The notes beneath the pieces are model-generated. The model ran no database searches. It saw nothing but the letters and a program-made list of their open reading frames with translations, and was not told where the DNA came from. The position numbers and the translations under genes were made by a program. A DNA stretch of 64,000 nucleotides from Deltaproteobacteria bacterium (GTDB lineage: Bacteria > Myxococcota_A > UBA9160 > SMWR01): the NCBI GenBank assembly GCA_032128115.1, contig JAQBHB010000031.1, forward strand, positions 1 to 64,000, in the 5' to 3' direction. Below are positions 18,360 to 28,412 of the stretch, piece by piece (positions within the stretch are counted from its first letter, which is position 1; the number at the start of each line of letters is the position of its first letter).

Positions 18360-21300
18360 ATGATTCGCTTCGCTGTAAGCTGGAACGACACTGGCGGTCG
18401 CCGCGATCGGGCCCTCGGGCGGGCGGTTGCGTTGCTCGTGGCATGCCTGACGCTCGCGCTGGGAGCGCCGCTCGCTGGCGCTCAGAGCAGCTTCCTGACC
18501 TTCGACACCTTGCAAGGGCGCCCGATTGCGATTTCGCCCAACGGCACCCGGCTGTTCGCGATCAATACGCCCGACAACCACCTGGAGATCTTCGACATCG
18601 ACATCAACGGCGATCTCGTGCTCGCCGGGTCAGTTCAGGTCGGTATGGAGCCCACGGCCGTTGCCGCGCGCAGCAACGACGAAGTCTGGGTGGTGAATTT
18701 CCTCTCCGACAGCGTGAGTGTCGTCGATGTCTCGGGCGCCGTTGCGCGAGTCTCCCGCACGCTGCTCGTCGGAGACGAGCCGAGTGACATCGTTTTCGCC
18801 GGGCCGGGCGGCAACCGCGCCTTCATCACGACCGCCCACCGCGGCCAGAATACCCCCTACCCGGACGGCGATTTCGATACGGAGGGCATCGGACGCGCCG
18901 ACATCTGGGTCTTCGACGCCACCAACCTGGGCACTTCCCTCGGCGGCACGGCACTCACGACGATCACCGTCTTCGGCGACAAGCCGCGAGCCCTCGCGCG
19001 CTCGACCGACGGCTCCAAGGTCTATGCGGCGATCTTCCACTCGGGCAACCAGACGATGACCTTGAACTCCGGCTTCGTCTGCCCGACGGGGTCGACGGCG
19101 CTGAACAACAACACCCCGGAGCCGTCGTGCGTCCTGGACGGCGGCACCTCCCCCGGCGGTACGGCGCCGCCGCACCAGAACCAGACCCCGCAGGAGATCG
19201 ACCGCCCCGAGGTTGGAATCATCGTCAAGTGGAAGCGCGACGGGGTCACCAACGCCTGGCAGGACGAACTCGGCCGCGACTGGAGCAGCTGGGTGAAGTT
19301 CAGCTTGCCGGACCGGGACGTCTTCGAGATCAACGCCAACGCGAACCCGCCGGTGGCCGTCGACGGCAGCTCGAACTGTAGCAACGGGGCGGGATGCTGG
19401 GCGGGCGTCGGAACGTCGATCTTCAACATGGCGGTGAATCCGATCTCCGGGAAGGTCTACGTCTCGAACACTGAATCGCAGAATCACGTGCGCTTCGAAG
19501 GACCCGGAACGCTGGCGGGGCCGATCAAGCCCTTCGGCGAGCCATCCACCGTGCAGGGCAATCTGGCCCAGGCGCGGATCACGGTGCTCGACGGAGCCAA
19601 CGTCGTGCCACGCCACCTGAACAAGCACATCGTCTACTCCACCCTGCCGGCACCGGCCGGCGTGAAGGACAAGAGCATCGCCAATCCGATGGGCATGGTC
19701 GTCTCACCGGACGGCAACACCCTGTACGTGGCGTCGCACGGCTCCGGCAAGGTAGGTGTCTTCGACACCGGCGCACTCGAGACGAACGCCTTCGTTCCCA
19801 ACTCGATCGATCACATCGCGCTCTCGGGTGGTGGACCGAGTGGACTCGCCCTGCAGGGGACGCGGCTCTACGTGTTGACCCGCTTCAACAACTCGATCTC
19901 CGTCGTCGACACGGGAACCAAGGCCGAGGTCCAGATGCTGGCGCTCCACAACCCGGAGCCGGCGAGCGTCGTGAACGGTCGCCCGTTCCTCTACGACGCC
20001 AACCTCACGAGCAGCAACGGCGAGGCCTCCTGCTCGAGCTGCCACGTCGGCGGCGACATGGATGACCTGGCCTGGGACCTCGGAAATCCAGACGACGACC
20101 AGAAGCCGAACGCCAACCCGATGAACGACGAGCCCTTCGTCGACCTCGGCGTCGGCTCCTGCTTCATCCAGAATCTCATCTTCGGCAACGGTTGCACCTT
20201 CCACCCGATGAAGGGGCCGATGACGACCCAGAGCCTGCGGGGTCTGGATCTTCAGGGTCCGCAGCACTGGCGCGGCGACCGCGAAGGAGATGCCACGTCG
20301 TCGTTCCTGGCGTTCAACGCCGCCTTCCCGGGCCTCGTGGGACGCAACACGACGCTCAGCGGACCGGACATGACGGCCTTCAAGGACTTCGCGCTCCAGC
20401 TGCGCTACCCGCCGAACCCGACCCGCAATCTGGACAACTCGCTGACGACGATCCAGAACCAGGGACTCACGGTCTTCAACGACCCGGACACCGATCAGGT
20501 GGCCAGTTGCAACGATTGCCACACCCTCGAGCCGCAGAACGGGTTCTTTGGCGGCGACGGCCGCTCGACCTTCGACGCGGGTACCGAGATCTTCAAGGTC
20601 CCGCATCTGCGCAACATGTACCAGAAGGTCGGAATGTTCGGTGAAGCGCAGCCACAGGAAGTCAGCGTCCCACTGCTCGGGAGCACCACCGCCTTCGACG
20701 GTCCCTTCACGAACACGGGTGATCAGGTCCGCGGCTTCGGGTACACACACGACGGTTCGGTCGACACCTTGTTCCGCTTCGTCAGCGCATCGGTATTCAC
20801 CATCAACAATACCGAGCAGAACCGGGTCCAGGCGCTCATGATCGCGTTCGACACCGACCTCGCGCCGATCGTAGGCCAGCAGGTCACGTTGACGCAGACG
20901 AACTCCGGTGTAGCCGATCCGCGCATCGACTTGATTCTGGCGCGCTGCGATACCGGCTTCGACTCGAAGATCCTGGTCGACCTCAACGGCGGACCCGTCA
21001 ACGAGTGCGATCTGGTCGCCAAGCTCGATCAGGGCGGGAGCCAACATGGCTACGTCTACGATCCGGCGAGCAACCTCTTCGATCCGGACGACGGCGGCGC
21101 GGCGATCGACGACGCGGCGCTGCGCGCGCTGGCAGGAGCGCCGGGCCAGGAGGTCACCTATACGGCGGCGCCGCCCGGCTCCGGTTTTCGGATGGGGATC
21201 AACCGGGACCTGGACACCCTGCTCGACGGCCCGGACAACTGCCCGGGCGTGCCGAACGACGATCAGACCGACACCGATACCGACGGGCTCGGGGACGTTT

Positions 21301-21419
21301 GCGACCCGACGCCACTTCCCGAGCCGAGTCAGGGCCTCTCGCTCGCAGCCGGATTGCTGCTACTGGGCCGACTGAACCGGCGGCGGCTCGCGAAGGAGAA
21401 GAAAAGGCGTCGGCGCTAG
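18360..21419 (+). CDS. secreted YVTN/YncE beta-propeller + di-haem cytochrome c peroxidase-like domain + TSP3 repeat + PEP-CTERM anchor
   Basis: Signal peptide; VWVVNFLSDSVSVVD blades; CSSCH and CNDCH; FKVPHLRN, THDGS; DNCPGVPNDDQTDTDTDGLGDVCD; LPEPS-TM-RRR tail. Confidence 0.85.
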   Translation: MIRFAVSWNDTGGRRDRALGRAVALLVACLTLALGAPLAGAQSSFLTFDTLQGRPIAISPNGTRLFAINTPDNHLEIFDIDINGDLVLAGSVQVGMEPTAVAARSNDEVWVVNFLSDSVSVVDVSGAVARVSRTLLVGDEPSDIVFAGPGGNRAFITTAHRGQNTPYPDGDFDTEGIGRADIWVFDATNLGTSLGGTALTTITVFGDKPRALARSTDGSKVYAAIFHSGNQTMTLNSGFVCPTGSTALNNNTPEPSCVLDGGTSPGGTAPPHQNQTPQEIDRPEVGIIVKWKRDGVTNAWQDELGRDWSSWVKFSLPDRDVFEINANANPPVAVDGSSNCSNGAGCWAGVGTSIFNMAVNPISGKVYVSNTESQNHVRFEGPGTLAGPIKPFGEPSTVQGNLAQARITVLDGANVVPRHLNKHIVYSTLPAPAGVKDKSIANPMGMVVSPDGNTLYVASHGSGKVGVFDTGALETNAFVPNSIDHIALSGGGPSGLALQGTRLYVLTRFNNSISVVDTGTKAEVQMLALHNPEPASVVNGRPFLYDANLTSSNGEASCSSCHVGGDMDDLAWDLGNPDDDQKPNANPMNDEPFVDLGVGSCFIQNLIFGNGCTFHPMKGPMTTQSLRGLDLQGPQHWRGDREGDATSSFLAFNAAFPGLVGRNTTLSGPDMTAFKDFALQLRYPPNPTRNLDNSLTTIQNQGLTVFNDPDTDQVASCNDCHTLEPQNGFFGGDGRSTFDAGTEIFKVPHLRNMYQKVGMFGEAQPQEVSVPLLGSTTAFDGPFTNTGDQVRGFGYTHDGSVDTLFRFVSASVFTINNTEQNRVQALMIAFDTDLAPIVGQQVTLTQTNSGVADPRIDLILARCDTGFDSKILVDLNGGPVNECDLVAKLDQGGSQHGYVYDPASNLFDPDDGGAAIDDAALRALAGAPGQEVTYTAAPPGSGFRMGINRDLDTLLDGPDNCPGVPNDDQTDTDTDGLGDVCDPTPLPEPSQGLSLAAGLLLLGRLNRRRLAKEKKRRRR

Positions 21420-21651
21420 GGTTCAGCGAGCGCCCTCGGGTGCCACGGCCGGCTTACGGGAGCTGACGCGAGCCGTCACCGGATGTCAGAAGCCAGCAGC
21501 AACTGGGGCTTAGTCGCGCGGTAGAGCGGGACGTACTCCACCACCGCCGCCACGCACGCCGCGAGCCAGCCGTGCAGCTCCGCACTCACCAGGTAATCCC
21601 CCGGCTCCCCGGTCTTGGTGTCACCCCGGGGAGCGCTGGGGCCCGGGCTCG

Positions 21652-21807
21652 GAAAGGAAGTGGAAGTTCTACAGCCTGGCCCAGCCCCAAGCGCCTCTCC
21701 ACCGAACGCTTCTGCGTTGCGTGCGCACCTGCCTGAGCGAGTTCGAGGAGCTTGCCGCCGATCGCAGGCGCCTCGCGGCGATCGAGCCGCGGGTGCGCTG
21801 CAACTAG
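21652..21807 (+). pseudogene. arsR: ArsR/SmtB repressor C-terminal remnant
   Basis: ERKWKFYSLAQPQAPLHRTLLRCVRTCLSEFEELAADRRRL...RCN*, ending 18 bp before arsC; HTH missing. Confidence 0.65.
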
Positions 21808-21825
21808 GCGCGAAGGAGCCCAGCC

Positions 21826-22344
21826 GTGACGCAGGGAACCTACAACGTCCTCTTCCTTTGCACCGGGAACTCCGCCCGCAGCATTCTGGCAGAGGCCATC
21901 CTGGACCAGCTCGGAGCTGGACGCTTCCGCGCCTATAGCGCCGGTAGCCATCCGAAGGGCGAAGTCCACCCGATGGCGCTGAGAGTGTTGCGAGAACGTG
22001 GCTACGAGACCGCTGCGCTCCGCTCGAAGAGCTGGGACGAGTTCGCGGAACGCGGAACGACGGCGATCGATTTCGTCTTTACGGTGTGCGACAACGCCGC
22101 AGGTGAGGCGTGTCCGGTGTGGCCTGGCAAACCGATGACCGCCCACTGGGGCGTCGAGGATCCCGCCGCCTTCCGCGGCTCCGAGGAAGAGCAGCGCGGG
22201 GTCTTCCGACGGGTCTACCTGGAGCTGGAGCGGCGGATCGCTCTCTTCACGAACCTTCCCGTCGAGTCGCTCGACCGCCTGAGCCTCCAGGCGCGGCTCA
22301 ACGAGATCGGTAAGGCCGAGGCTCCGGTCGGGGAGCAGAGGTGA
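21826..22344 (+). CDS. arsC: arsenate reductase, LMW-PTP type
   Basis: FLCTGNSARS, SKSWDEF, TVCDNAAGEACPVWPG, HWGVEDP. Confidence 0.95.
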   Translation: MTQGTYNVLFLCTGNSARSILAEAILDQLGAGRFRAYSAGSHPKGEVHPMALRVLRERGYETAALRSKSWDEFAERGTTAIDFVFTVCDNAAGEACPVWPGKPMTAHWGVEDPAAFRGSEEEQRGVFRRVYLELERRIALFTNLPVESLDRLSLQARLNEIGKAEAPVGEQR

Positions 22345-23444
22345 TGGAGGCGGTGACGACGACGAGCCAGCCGGCGGCGGAGCCGAAGCGCCTCAACGTC
22401 TTCGAGCGCTGGCTCTCACTCTGGGTGGCGCTGTGCATGGTCGTTGGCGTCACCCTGGGGAGGCTCTTCCCGAACCTCACGGACGTGCTGCGCCGCCTTG
22501 AGTTCAGCGACAGCAGCCAGATCAACATCCCGATCGCCGTACTCCTCTGGCTGATGATCTACCCCATGATGCTGCGCATCGACCTGGCGAGTGTGCTCGG
22601 GGTCCGCCGCCGGCCGAAGGGCATCGCGGTCACGCTCTTCGTGAACTGGTTGGTGAAGCCCTTCTCCATGGCCTTCCTGGGCTGGCTCTTCTTCAAGCAC
22701 CTCTTCCTCCCGTGGATCGATCCTCCTCTTGCGGACCAGTACGTCGCCGGTGTCATCATCCTGGCTGCGGCGCCCTGCACGGCCATGGTGTTCGTGTGGT
22801 CCTACCTGACGGACGGCGACCCAGCCTACACCCTGGTCCAGGTATCGCTGAACGACCTCATCATGCTGCTGCTCTTCGCGCCGATCGTGACCTTCCTCGT
22901 GACAGGGGCGAGCGGCCTCACGGTGCCCTTCGAAGTGCTTCTCTATGCGGTGGGGATCTTCATCGTCGTTCCCCTCACGCTGGGCAGCCTGAGCCGCGTG
23001 CTCCTGCTGCGGCACAAGGGCACCGCGTGGTTCGAGGATCGCTTCCTCGCCACATTTCAGCCCGTCACGACTCTGGCGCTCCTGGCCACGCTCGTCCTCA
23101 TCTTCGCCTTCCAGGCAGAGAACCTGACGAGTCGCTTCTTCCACGTTGTCCTGATCGCGATCCCGATTCTGATCCAGGTCTACTTCAACTCCAGCCTGGT
23201 CTACGCGCTCATGAAGTGGCTGCGGGTTCCCCACAACGTGGCGGCGCCCGGAGCGCTGATCGGCGCCAGCAATTTCTTCGAGCTGGCGGTGGCCACCGCG
23301 ATCGCCCTCTATGGCCCGGGCTCGGGAGCCGCTCTTGCCACGGTGGTGGGCGTCCTCGTCGAGGTGCCGGTCATGCTCTCGGTCTGTGCCTTCTGCAACC
23401 GCACGCGGCACTGGTTCGAGGCGGAACAACCCGCGCAGGCCTGA
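22344..23444 (+). CDS. acr3: ACR3 arsenite efflux transporter
   Basis: FERWLSLWV, NWLVKPF, AAPCTAMVFVW, SNFFELAVA, VEVPVML. Confidence 0.95.
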   Translation: MEAVTTTSQPAAEPKRLNVFERWLSLWVALCMVVGVTLGRLFPNLTDVLRRLEFSDSSQINIPIAVLLWLMIYPMMLRIDLASVLGVRRRPKGIAVTLFVNWLVKPFSMAFLGWLFFKHLFLPWIDPPLADQYVAGVIILAAAPCTAMVFVWSYLTDGDPAYTLVQVSLNDLIMLLLFAPIVTFLVTGASGLTVPFEVLLYAVGIFIVVPLTLGSLSRVLLLRHKGTAWFEDRFLATFQPVTTLALLATLVLIFAFQAENLTSRFFHVVLIAIPILIQVYFNSSLVYALMKWLRVPHNVAAPGALIGASNFFELAVATAIALYGPGSGAALATVVGVLVEVPVMLSVCAFCNRTRHWFEAEQPAQA

Positions 23445-23601
23445 GGTTGGACCGGCCGGGGGGCCCTCGCAGAGGGCAAGGTCTTCTCCCGGCTGCGCCT
23501 CTGACGCGCGGATCTCGCGGAGAACGAGGCGTCCGGCGGGGGGTCGCTGCCGGTCGGCGTGATCGCGCAGGTCAGGCGCGCTTCGTGCGATACTTTCGCG
23601 C

Positions 23602-25575
23602 GTGTCCCTCCAGTTCAGCGTGCGCTGGCAACGCCCGCTTCTCGCCGCCGTCACCCTCCTCCTGTTCTTTGGAGCCATCGAGATCGCTCTCTGGGCGGGG
23701 GGGGTGAGGCCGCTCGCCGGGGGACGAGACCCCTTCGAAGGTTTCTCGGAGCACGTACGTGTCTTCCGTCTGAACGCCGGTCTGGACGCCGAGCACGGCG
23801 TGTACGAGACGGCCCCCGGCGCGGCGTTCTCCTTCAACGAGCAGCGCTTCCGGGCGCCCAAGCCGCCGGACGGCTTCCGTATCTTCGTGCTCGGCGGGTC
23901 CAGTGCCTACGGGTTTCCGTGGGGCGCGCGCGTGGCCTTCCCGCAGCAGCTGGAAGCGGGACTGCGAGCCGTCTGGCCGGAGCGGACGATCGAGGTCGTC
24001 AACGCCGCCGGCATGTCCTACGCGTCGCACCGGCTGCGGATCCTGACCCACGAGATCCTCGAGTACGAGCCCGACCTCCTCGTCATTTACGGTGGTCACA
24101 ACGAGTTCATCGAGCGTCGTTTCTATGGGAGCATCCTCGAGCAGCCCCGCCAGCTCGACGCGCTGCGCCGCATGCTGCACCACTCGCGCCTGTACTCCAG
24201 TCTCACCCGCATTTACCAGAGCTCGTTCGACCGAGGTGCAAAGGGCGCCGGAGCGGACGGGACCGCCACGGACGCTCCGGCCGGGTTCGACCTCGCCGTG
24301 ACCCGGGAGCCGTCCCTCAACGTGTCCGACGCGGAGAAGGACGAGGTCCGCGCGCTCTTCGAGGAGAACCTGCGGGTCATAATCAGGCTCGCGCGAGGCG
24401 CCGGCGTGCCCATTGTCCTCTGCACGGTCCCGTCGAATGTGCGGGACTGGGCACCGGACCAGTCGTTCTTCCCCCAGGGCACGCCGGGCAACGACGAGCG
24501 GGTGGTGGGCGCGGCGCTTCTCGAGGCGGAGCGGGCGCTCGCGCGGGGTGAAGCGCAGAGTGCGGTCGGGGACCTCGAGCAGGCGCTCGCTCTGGCGCCG
24601 GGCCATGCCCGCCTCCACTTCGAGCTGGGCCGCGCCTACGAGGCGTTGGGACGCTGGGAGCAGGCGCGCGCGTCGTACGTGCGCGCGCGCGATGCGGATG
24701 GCAGCCCGACGCGTGCGCCGAGTTCGTTCAACGACACCATCCGCCGCGTGTCCCGCACCGAGGGGGTTCCCCTGGTGGACGTCGAGCAGCTCTTCGAGGC
24801 TGACGCGCCGCACCGACTGCTGGGCTTCGACCACTTCGAGGACTACGTGCACCCGACTCCCGCCGCGCACGAGCAGATTGCACTGGCGCTCTGGACGCTC
24901 CTGCTCGAGGAAGGCTTCCTGGGAGAGCAGCGCCGAGCCGAGCCGAGCGTGTTCCACGCGGCCGTGCGCCGGCCGGAGCGGGGCGCGACATCGGAGGACG
25001 GCGACGGTCCCGCGAGGCGCGCCGCGGAGCTCTTCAACCTGGGCGTGGTTCTCGCCAAGCAGGGCTACGACGACCAGGCCCTCGAGAAATTCCGCTCCGT
25101 CGTCGAGATCCTTCCCAGCCACCCCAAACCGCGGCTCAACATGGGCATACTGTTCCTCCGACAGGGGCGTCACGAAGAGGCCGTGGCCGAGCTCCGCGAG
25201 GCGCTACGACTCCAGCCGGAGCACACACACACCCACCTGCTACTGGCGGAGTCGCTGCGCCAGCTCGGTCGACATCCAGAGGCCGAGCAGGTTCTGGAGC
25301 GCGCAGCACGGGCGGCGCCGGAGTCTGCACGCGTCCTGAAAGGCCTCGGCGTCGTGCGCTACGAGCAGGGGCGCATCCGGGAGGCGGAGGGCGCGCTCCG
25401 CCGGGCGGTGGAGCTCGACCCTGGAGACGCCGACGCGCGGGCGTGGCTGGGGCGCGCCCTCGTCTCGGAGCGCCGCTTCGACGAAGCCCGCAGCCAGTTC
25501 GAAGCGGCCCTGGCGGTGCGCCCTGGTCACCGGGAGGCACGCAACGGACTGGCGAAGCTGGACCTGGAGCGCTGA
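23602..25575 (+). CDS. SGNH/GDSL domain + TPR-repeat membrane-anchored protein
   Basis: GGSS, GHNEF, DYVHP blocks; multiple TPR units. Confidence 0.85.
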   Translation: MSLQFSVRWQRPLLAAVTLLLFFGAIEIALWAGGVRPLAGGRDPFEGFSEHVRVFRLNAGLDAEHGVYETAPGAAFSFNEQRFRAPKPPDGFRIFVLGGSSAYGFPWGARVAFPQQLEAGLRAVWPERTIEVVNAAGMSYASHRLRILTHEILEYEPDLLVIYGGHNEFIERRFYGSILEQPRQLDALRRMLHHSRLYSSLTRIYQSSFDRGAKGAGADGTATDAPAGFDLAVTREPSLNVSDAEKDEVRALFEENLRVIIRLARGAGVPIVLCTVPSNVRDWAPDQSFFPQGTPGNDERVVGAALLEAERALARGEAQSAVGDLEQALALAPGHARLHFELGRAYEALGRWEQARASYVRARDADGSPTRAPSSFNDTIRRVSRTEGVPLVDVEQLFEADAPHRLLGFDHFEDYVHPTPAAHEQIALALWTLLLEEGFLGEQRRAEPSVFHAAVRRPERGATSEDGDGPARRAAELFNLGVVLAKQGYDDQALEKFRSVVEILPSHPKPRLNMGILFLRQGRHEEAVAELREALRLQPEHTHTHLLLAESLRQLGRHPEAEQVLERAARAAPESARVLKGLGVVRYEQGRIREAEGALRRAVELDPGDADARAWLGRALVSERRFDEARSQFEAALAVRPGHREARNGLAKLDLER

Positions 25576-25622
25576 GCGAGTTCGCGGCGTACAGACCCCT
25601 CACGCGGCCCGGGAGTGGACGA

Positions 25623-27125
25623 TCACTGCGCGCGGCGATCCAGCCGCACGACAGTCAGATCGTCGAAGTAGATCACGCTGTCCGCCTTGGTCCAGAGGCC
25701 GACCCGCCCGGCCTCCGCAAACGTCGCATCTTCGACCTCGAACAGCTTTCGGCCATTCGAATAGATCTCGAAGAGGTCCCCGTCGGCGACTACGCGCAAG
25801 CGACTCCACTGGCCCGAGGGAATCGCCGCCTTCACGCCGTAGGCCGATCCAGCTCCCTTCACGCCGATGTTGCTGCGCTTTCCGTTCTCGACCTTGTAAG
25901 CCACCACGTTGTCTTCGAGAGCATTGGCACGGACGACGTAGTAGTTATCCTCGTCCTGGTACCGCCAGACAATGCCAGCGCCCTGGTCGACCTTCCCGGA
26001 AACAGGTTTGAATCGGACGGACACATCCACGTCGGTCGCCGTCAGACCGTCGTACACCAACAGGGGCAGGCGATAGTTCGTCGAGTCGTCACTGATCTGG
26101 GCGACCACTCTTCGACCCGACGGGGAGTCGATCTCCTCTCGCACGACCCATTCGCCGGGGTCCCCGCGCCCCGTCCTCGCGGTGCTGAAGCCTGAGGGGG
26201 CAGCCCCAGGCTCATCGGACTCGAAATCACTCGCCGCGGCCAGTTGAACGAACGCCAGCTGGATGACTCCGCTGGCTTTGTCCATGTCGCCGGTATGGTC
26301 GAAGGCTGCGGCAGCTACCTTGTAGGTGCGCTTCGGATCGAGAACGGTGTCGTCGGGATGCCCGGTATCCAGAAGCCTCGACATTTCTAGCATCCACTCT
26401 CCACTGGACCACGCGCCCCTGGCTCGCACATCGGCCGCGCTGCCACTGGGTGTTGCTGGCACGTACGCGGGGACCCGCTCGCCGCTGAAAGCAGTCGGAG
26501 CATGTCGCTTCCCCTCCACGGAATCTCCCGAATCCTCGGGACGGGCAATCCAGACTTCCTTTTCGTTTCGTGCCGTGTAGGACTTCGCATCTCGTTGCGG
26601 CTCGGTCAGCGTGTAGTGGTGCGTCTTGTCCGTGGCGTATCCCTGGGGATTCGTGCGGAACGCCTTCCAGTGCCACACGTCCCAGATGGCCTCGACCCCG
26701 GCGAGCATGTCGGCGTCAAAGGGCCCGGTGTGTTCGAAGGCGAGCGAGAACATGTCTTCGTGATCGTCTCCCTGATCGTAGATCTGGTTGTCCGCGTTCC
26801 AGACCCAGGTTTTGTGCGAGACGCTCTCAGTCGAGTCTTCCCAGGTGATGAGGAAGAAGATCTGGGTATCGGTGTGGACCGAGCGAAGCGTCATGGGGAC
26901 GGAGGCACCCTCGTTCGGCGGCAGCGGTCTTCGGGCGATCACTTGCAGCGGAATCGCCGCCTTCCAGGCCGCATCGTCAGCCACGCCGTCCAGAGTCGGT
27001 GCCTTCGCCACACGGGCCGACATCAGCCGGGGCGGACCCATATGGCTTTCGCGGACCTGCTGTGCCGAGGAGCTGCACGCGAGTCCAACGGCCGCGAACG
27101 CTGCGAGCAGGCTTCGATGATTCAT
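25623..27125 (-). CDS. secreted ethylbenzene-dehydrogenase-gamma-like (haem-b DOMON) + DUF1080-like fusion
   Basis: Signal/lipobox GLAC; APTLDG..DD.AW, WDVWHWKA, W.LE..R.L.TG; C-terminal DQGAGIVWRYQDEDNYY...GLWTKADS..YFDD. Confidence 0.75.
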   Translation of the reverse strand: MNHRSLLAAFAAVGLACSSSAQQVRESHMGPPRLMSARVAKAPTLDGVADDAAWKAAIPLQVIARRPLPPNEGASVPMTLRSVHTDTQIFFLITWEDSTESVSHKTWVWNADNQIYDQGDDHEDMFSLAFEHTGPFDADMLAGVEAIWDVWHWKAFRTNPQGYATDKTHHYTLTEPQRDAKSYTARNEKEVWIARPEDSGDSVEGKRHAPTAFSGERVPAYVPATPSGSAADVRARGAWSSGEWMLEMSRLLDTGHPDDTVLDPKRTYKVAAAAFDHTGDMDKASGVIQLAFVQLAAASDFESDEPGAAPSGFSTARTGRGDPGEWVVREEIDSPSGRRVVAQISDDSTNYRLPLLVYDGLTATDVDVSVRFKPVSGKVDQGAGIVWRYQDEDNYYVVRANALEDNVVAYKVENGKRSNIGVKGAGSAYGVKAAIPSGQWSRLRVVADGDLFEIYSNGRKLFEVEDATFAEAGRVGLWTKADSVIYFDDLTVVRLDRRAQ

Positions 27126-27155
27126 GAAAACCTCCCTCGAGGAACCAGCATGTTC

Positions 27156-27380
27156 TCACGCAAGACCGTCGTCGCTCGCCTCTGAAACGTTCCCCCGAAC
27201 CCGGTTGCGGAACAGCCGCAGAAGCGCTGACTGTGGGCGATGCAGCAGCTCGTCCCAGGGCCCGGACCCGACGGCCGCAAAGGCCAGTGGCATCGCTGGA
27301 GCGATCGCGAGTGCGAAGCAACCCGCGAGACCGAGCGTTCGCCAGTGTCCCGGAGCTTCGAGCCGCAGTGGCGAGATCAT
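27156..27380 (-). pseudogene. truncated start of an ABC permease
   Basis: ATGA-coupled to the binding-protein stop; one hydrophobic helix, then stop. Confidence 0.45.
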
Positions 27381-28269
27381 GGCAGGTTCCGGTCCACCCA
27401 CTCCTTGAGATAGCTGCGGGAAATCCGCTCCAGAATGGGGGCCAACTCCATATAATCAACCTGCATGGGGGTGATGCTCTCCGGAGATCGGACCCCATCG
27501 GGGATCGGGACGCCGGGCCGCGCCGGCATCTGCGCAGCTTCGCTCTCGGCGAGGGCTTGCTCGACCTCCGGAGTCAACAGGAAGTCGATGAACTGCTCCG
27601 CCGGTCCCACGTTCGGACCGCCTGCGATTCGAAGGGCGGCGTTTGGAATCACCAGCGTGCCCATGCCCTCCGCATCGGGAAATACTACGCCGACCGGCTT
27701 GCCTTCGATCCGGGCAACGTTGTAGTCATCCGAATCGGCGATGCCAACGGCGCACTCTCCCGTTGCGACCCGGCGGCGAACTTCGCCGTTCGACGAAAGG
27801 ATCTTGCCGCCGTTGGCTGCGAAGCTCTCGAAGAACTGGCGTGCCTCGTCTTCGCCAAGCACGGCGAAGAGCGCCGCAGCGTGCATCGACGTGGTTCCAA
27901 ACAGCGGGTTGGCAATGCACGCTTCGCCTGCGGGGGATGATAAGCGGCAGCAACGCCCCGCTCCTTCAGGATGGCTGCACGAACCGGATCGCCGCTCCAG
28001 AACACATCCGCGCGCGGCCGCTCCTTCTCGGCGATCAGCCGGTTCACCAGACCTGTGCTCTTGGTTTCCTCCGTATCGGGCACGAGGCGGACGCGGACGC
28101 CCGTTCTCTTCTCGAAACGCTCAGCGACAGGGCGGGCAAACACCTCGTCGACGGAGGCATAGACGACTACCTCCCGAGGGGGCGAAGGCGGGCCGGAGTC
28201 CGAACATCCGCCCAGGAGCCCGAGAACCGCCAGTACCCCGCCTGGTGTCGCTCGCAAGCGGCCAATCAT
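27377..28269 (-). pseudogene. Fe3+ ABC substrate-binding lipoprotein, frameshifted with an internal deletion
   Basis: LLGGC lipobox, VVVYASVD, GLVNRLIAEK.RPRADVFW; continues in another frame as IANPLFGTTSMH...GTLVIPN...FIDFLL; break near 27925. Confidence 0.85.
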
Positions 28270-28412
28270 GCTGCGCCGACGTTCGCCGCCTGCAGAAGGA
28301 CGTTGCGCCATGAGTTGATCTCGGGCAGCTGATCCATCCGGTTGCCCCCTTTTCCGCAAGCGAGTGCAACCCGGCAGGGAGCACCCAATGGACGAATGTC
28401 CCTCGCTCGCCG

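Noticed and set aside
21475..21625. Minus-strand peptide DTKTGEPGDYLVSAELHGWL resembling a tyrosine-recombinase hairpin
   Set aside because: Too short, with no other catalytic motifs; cannot be supported without a search
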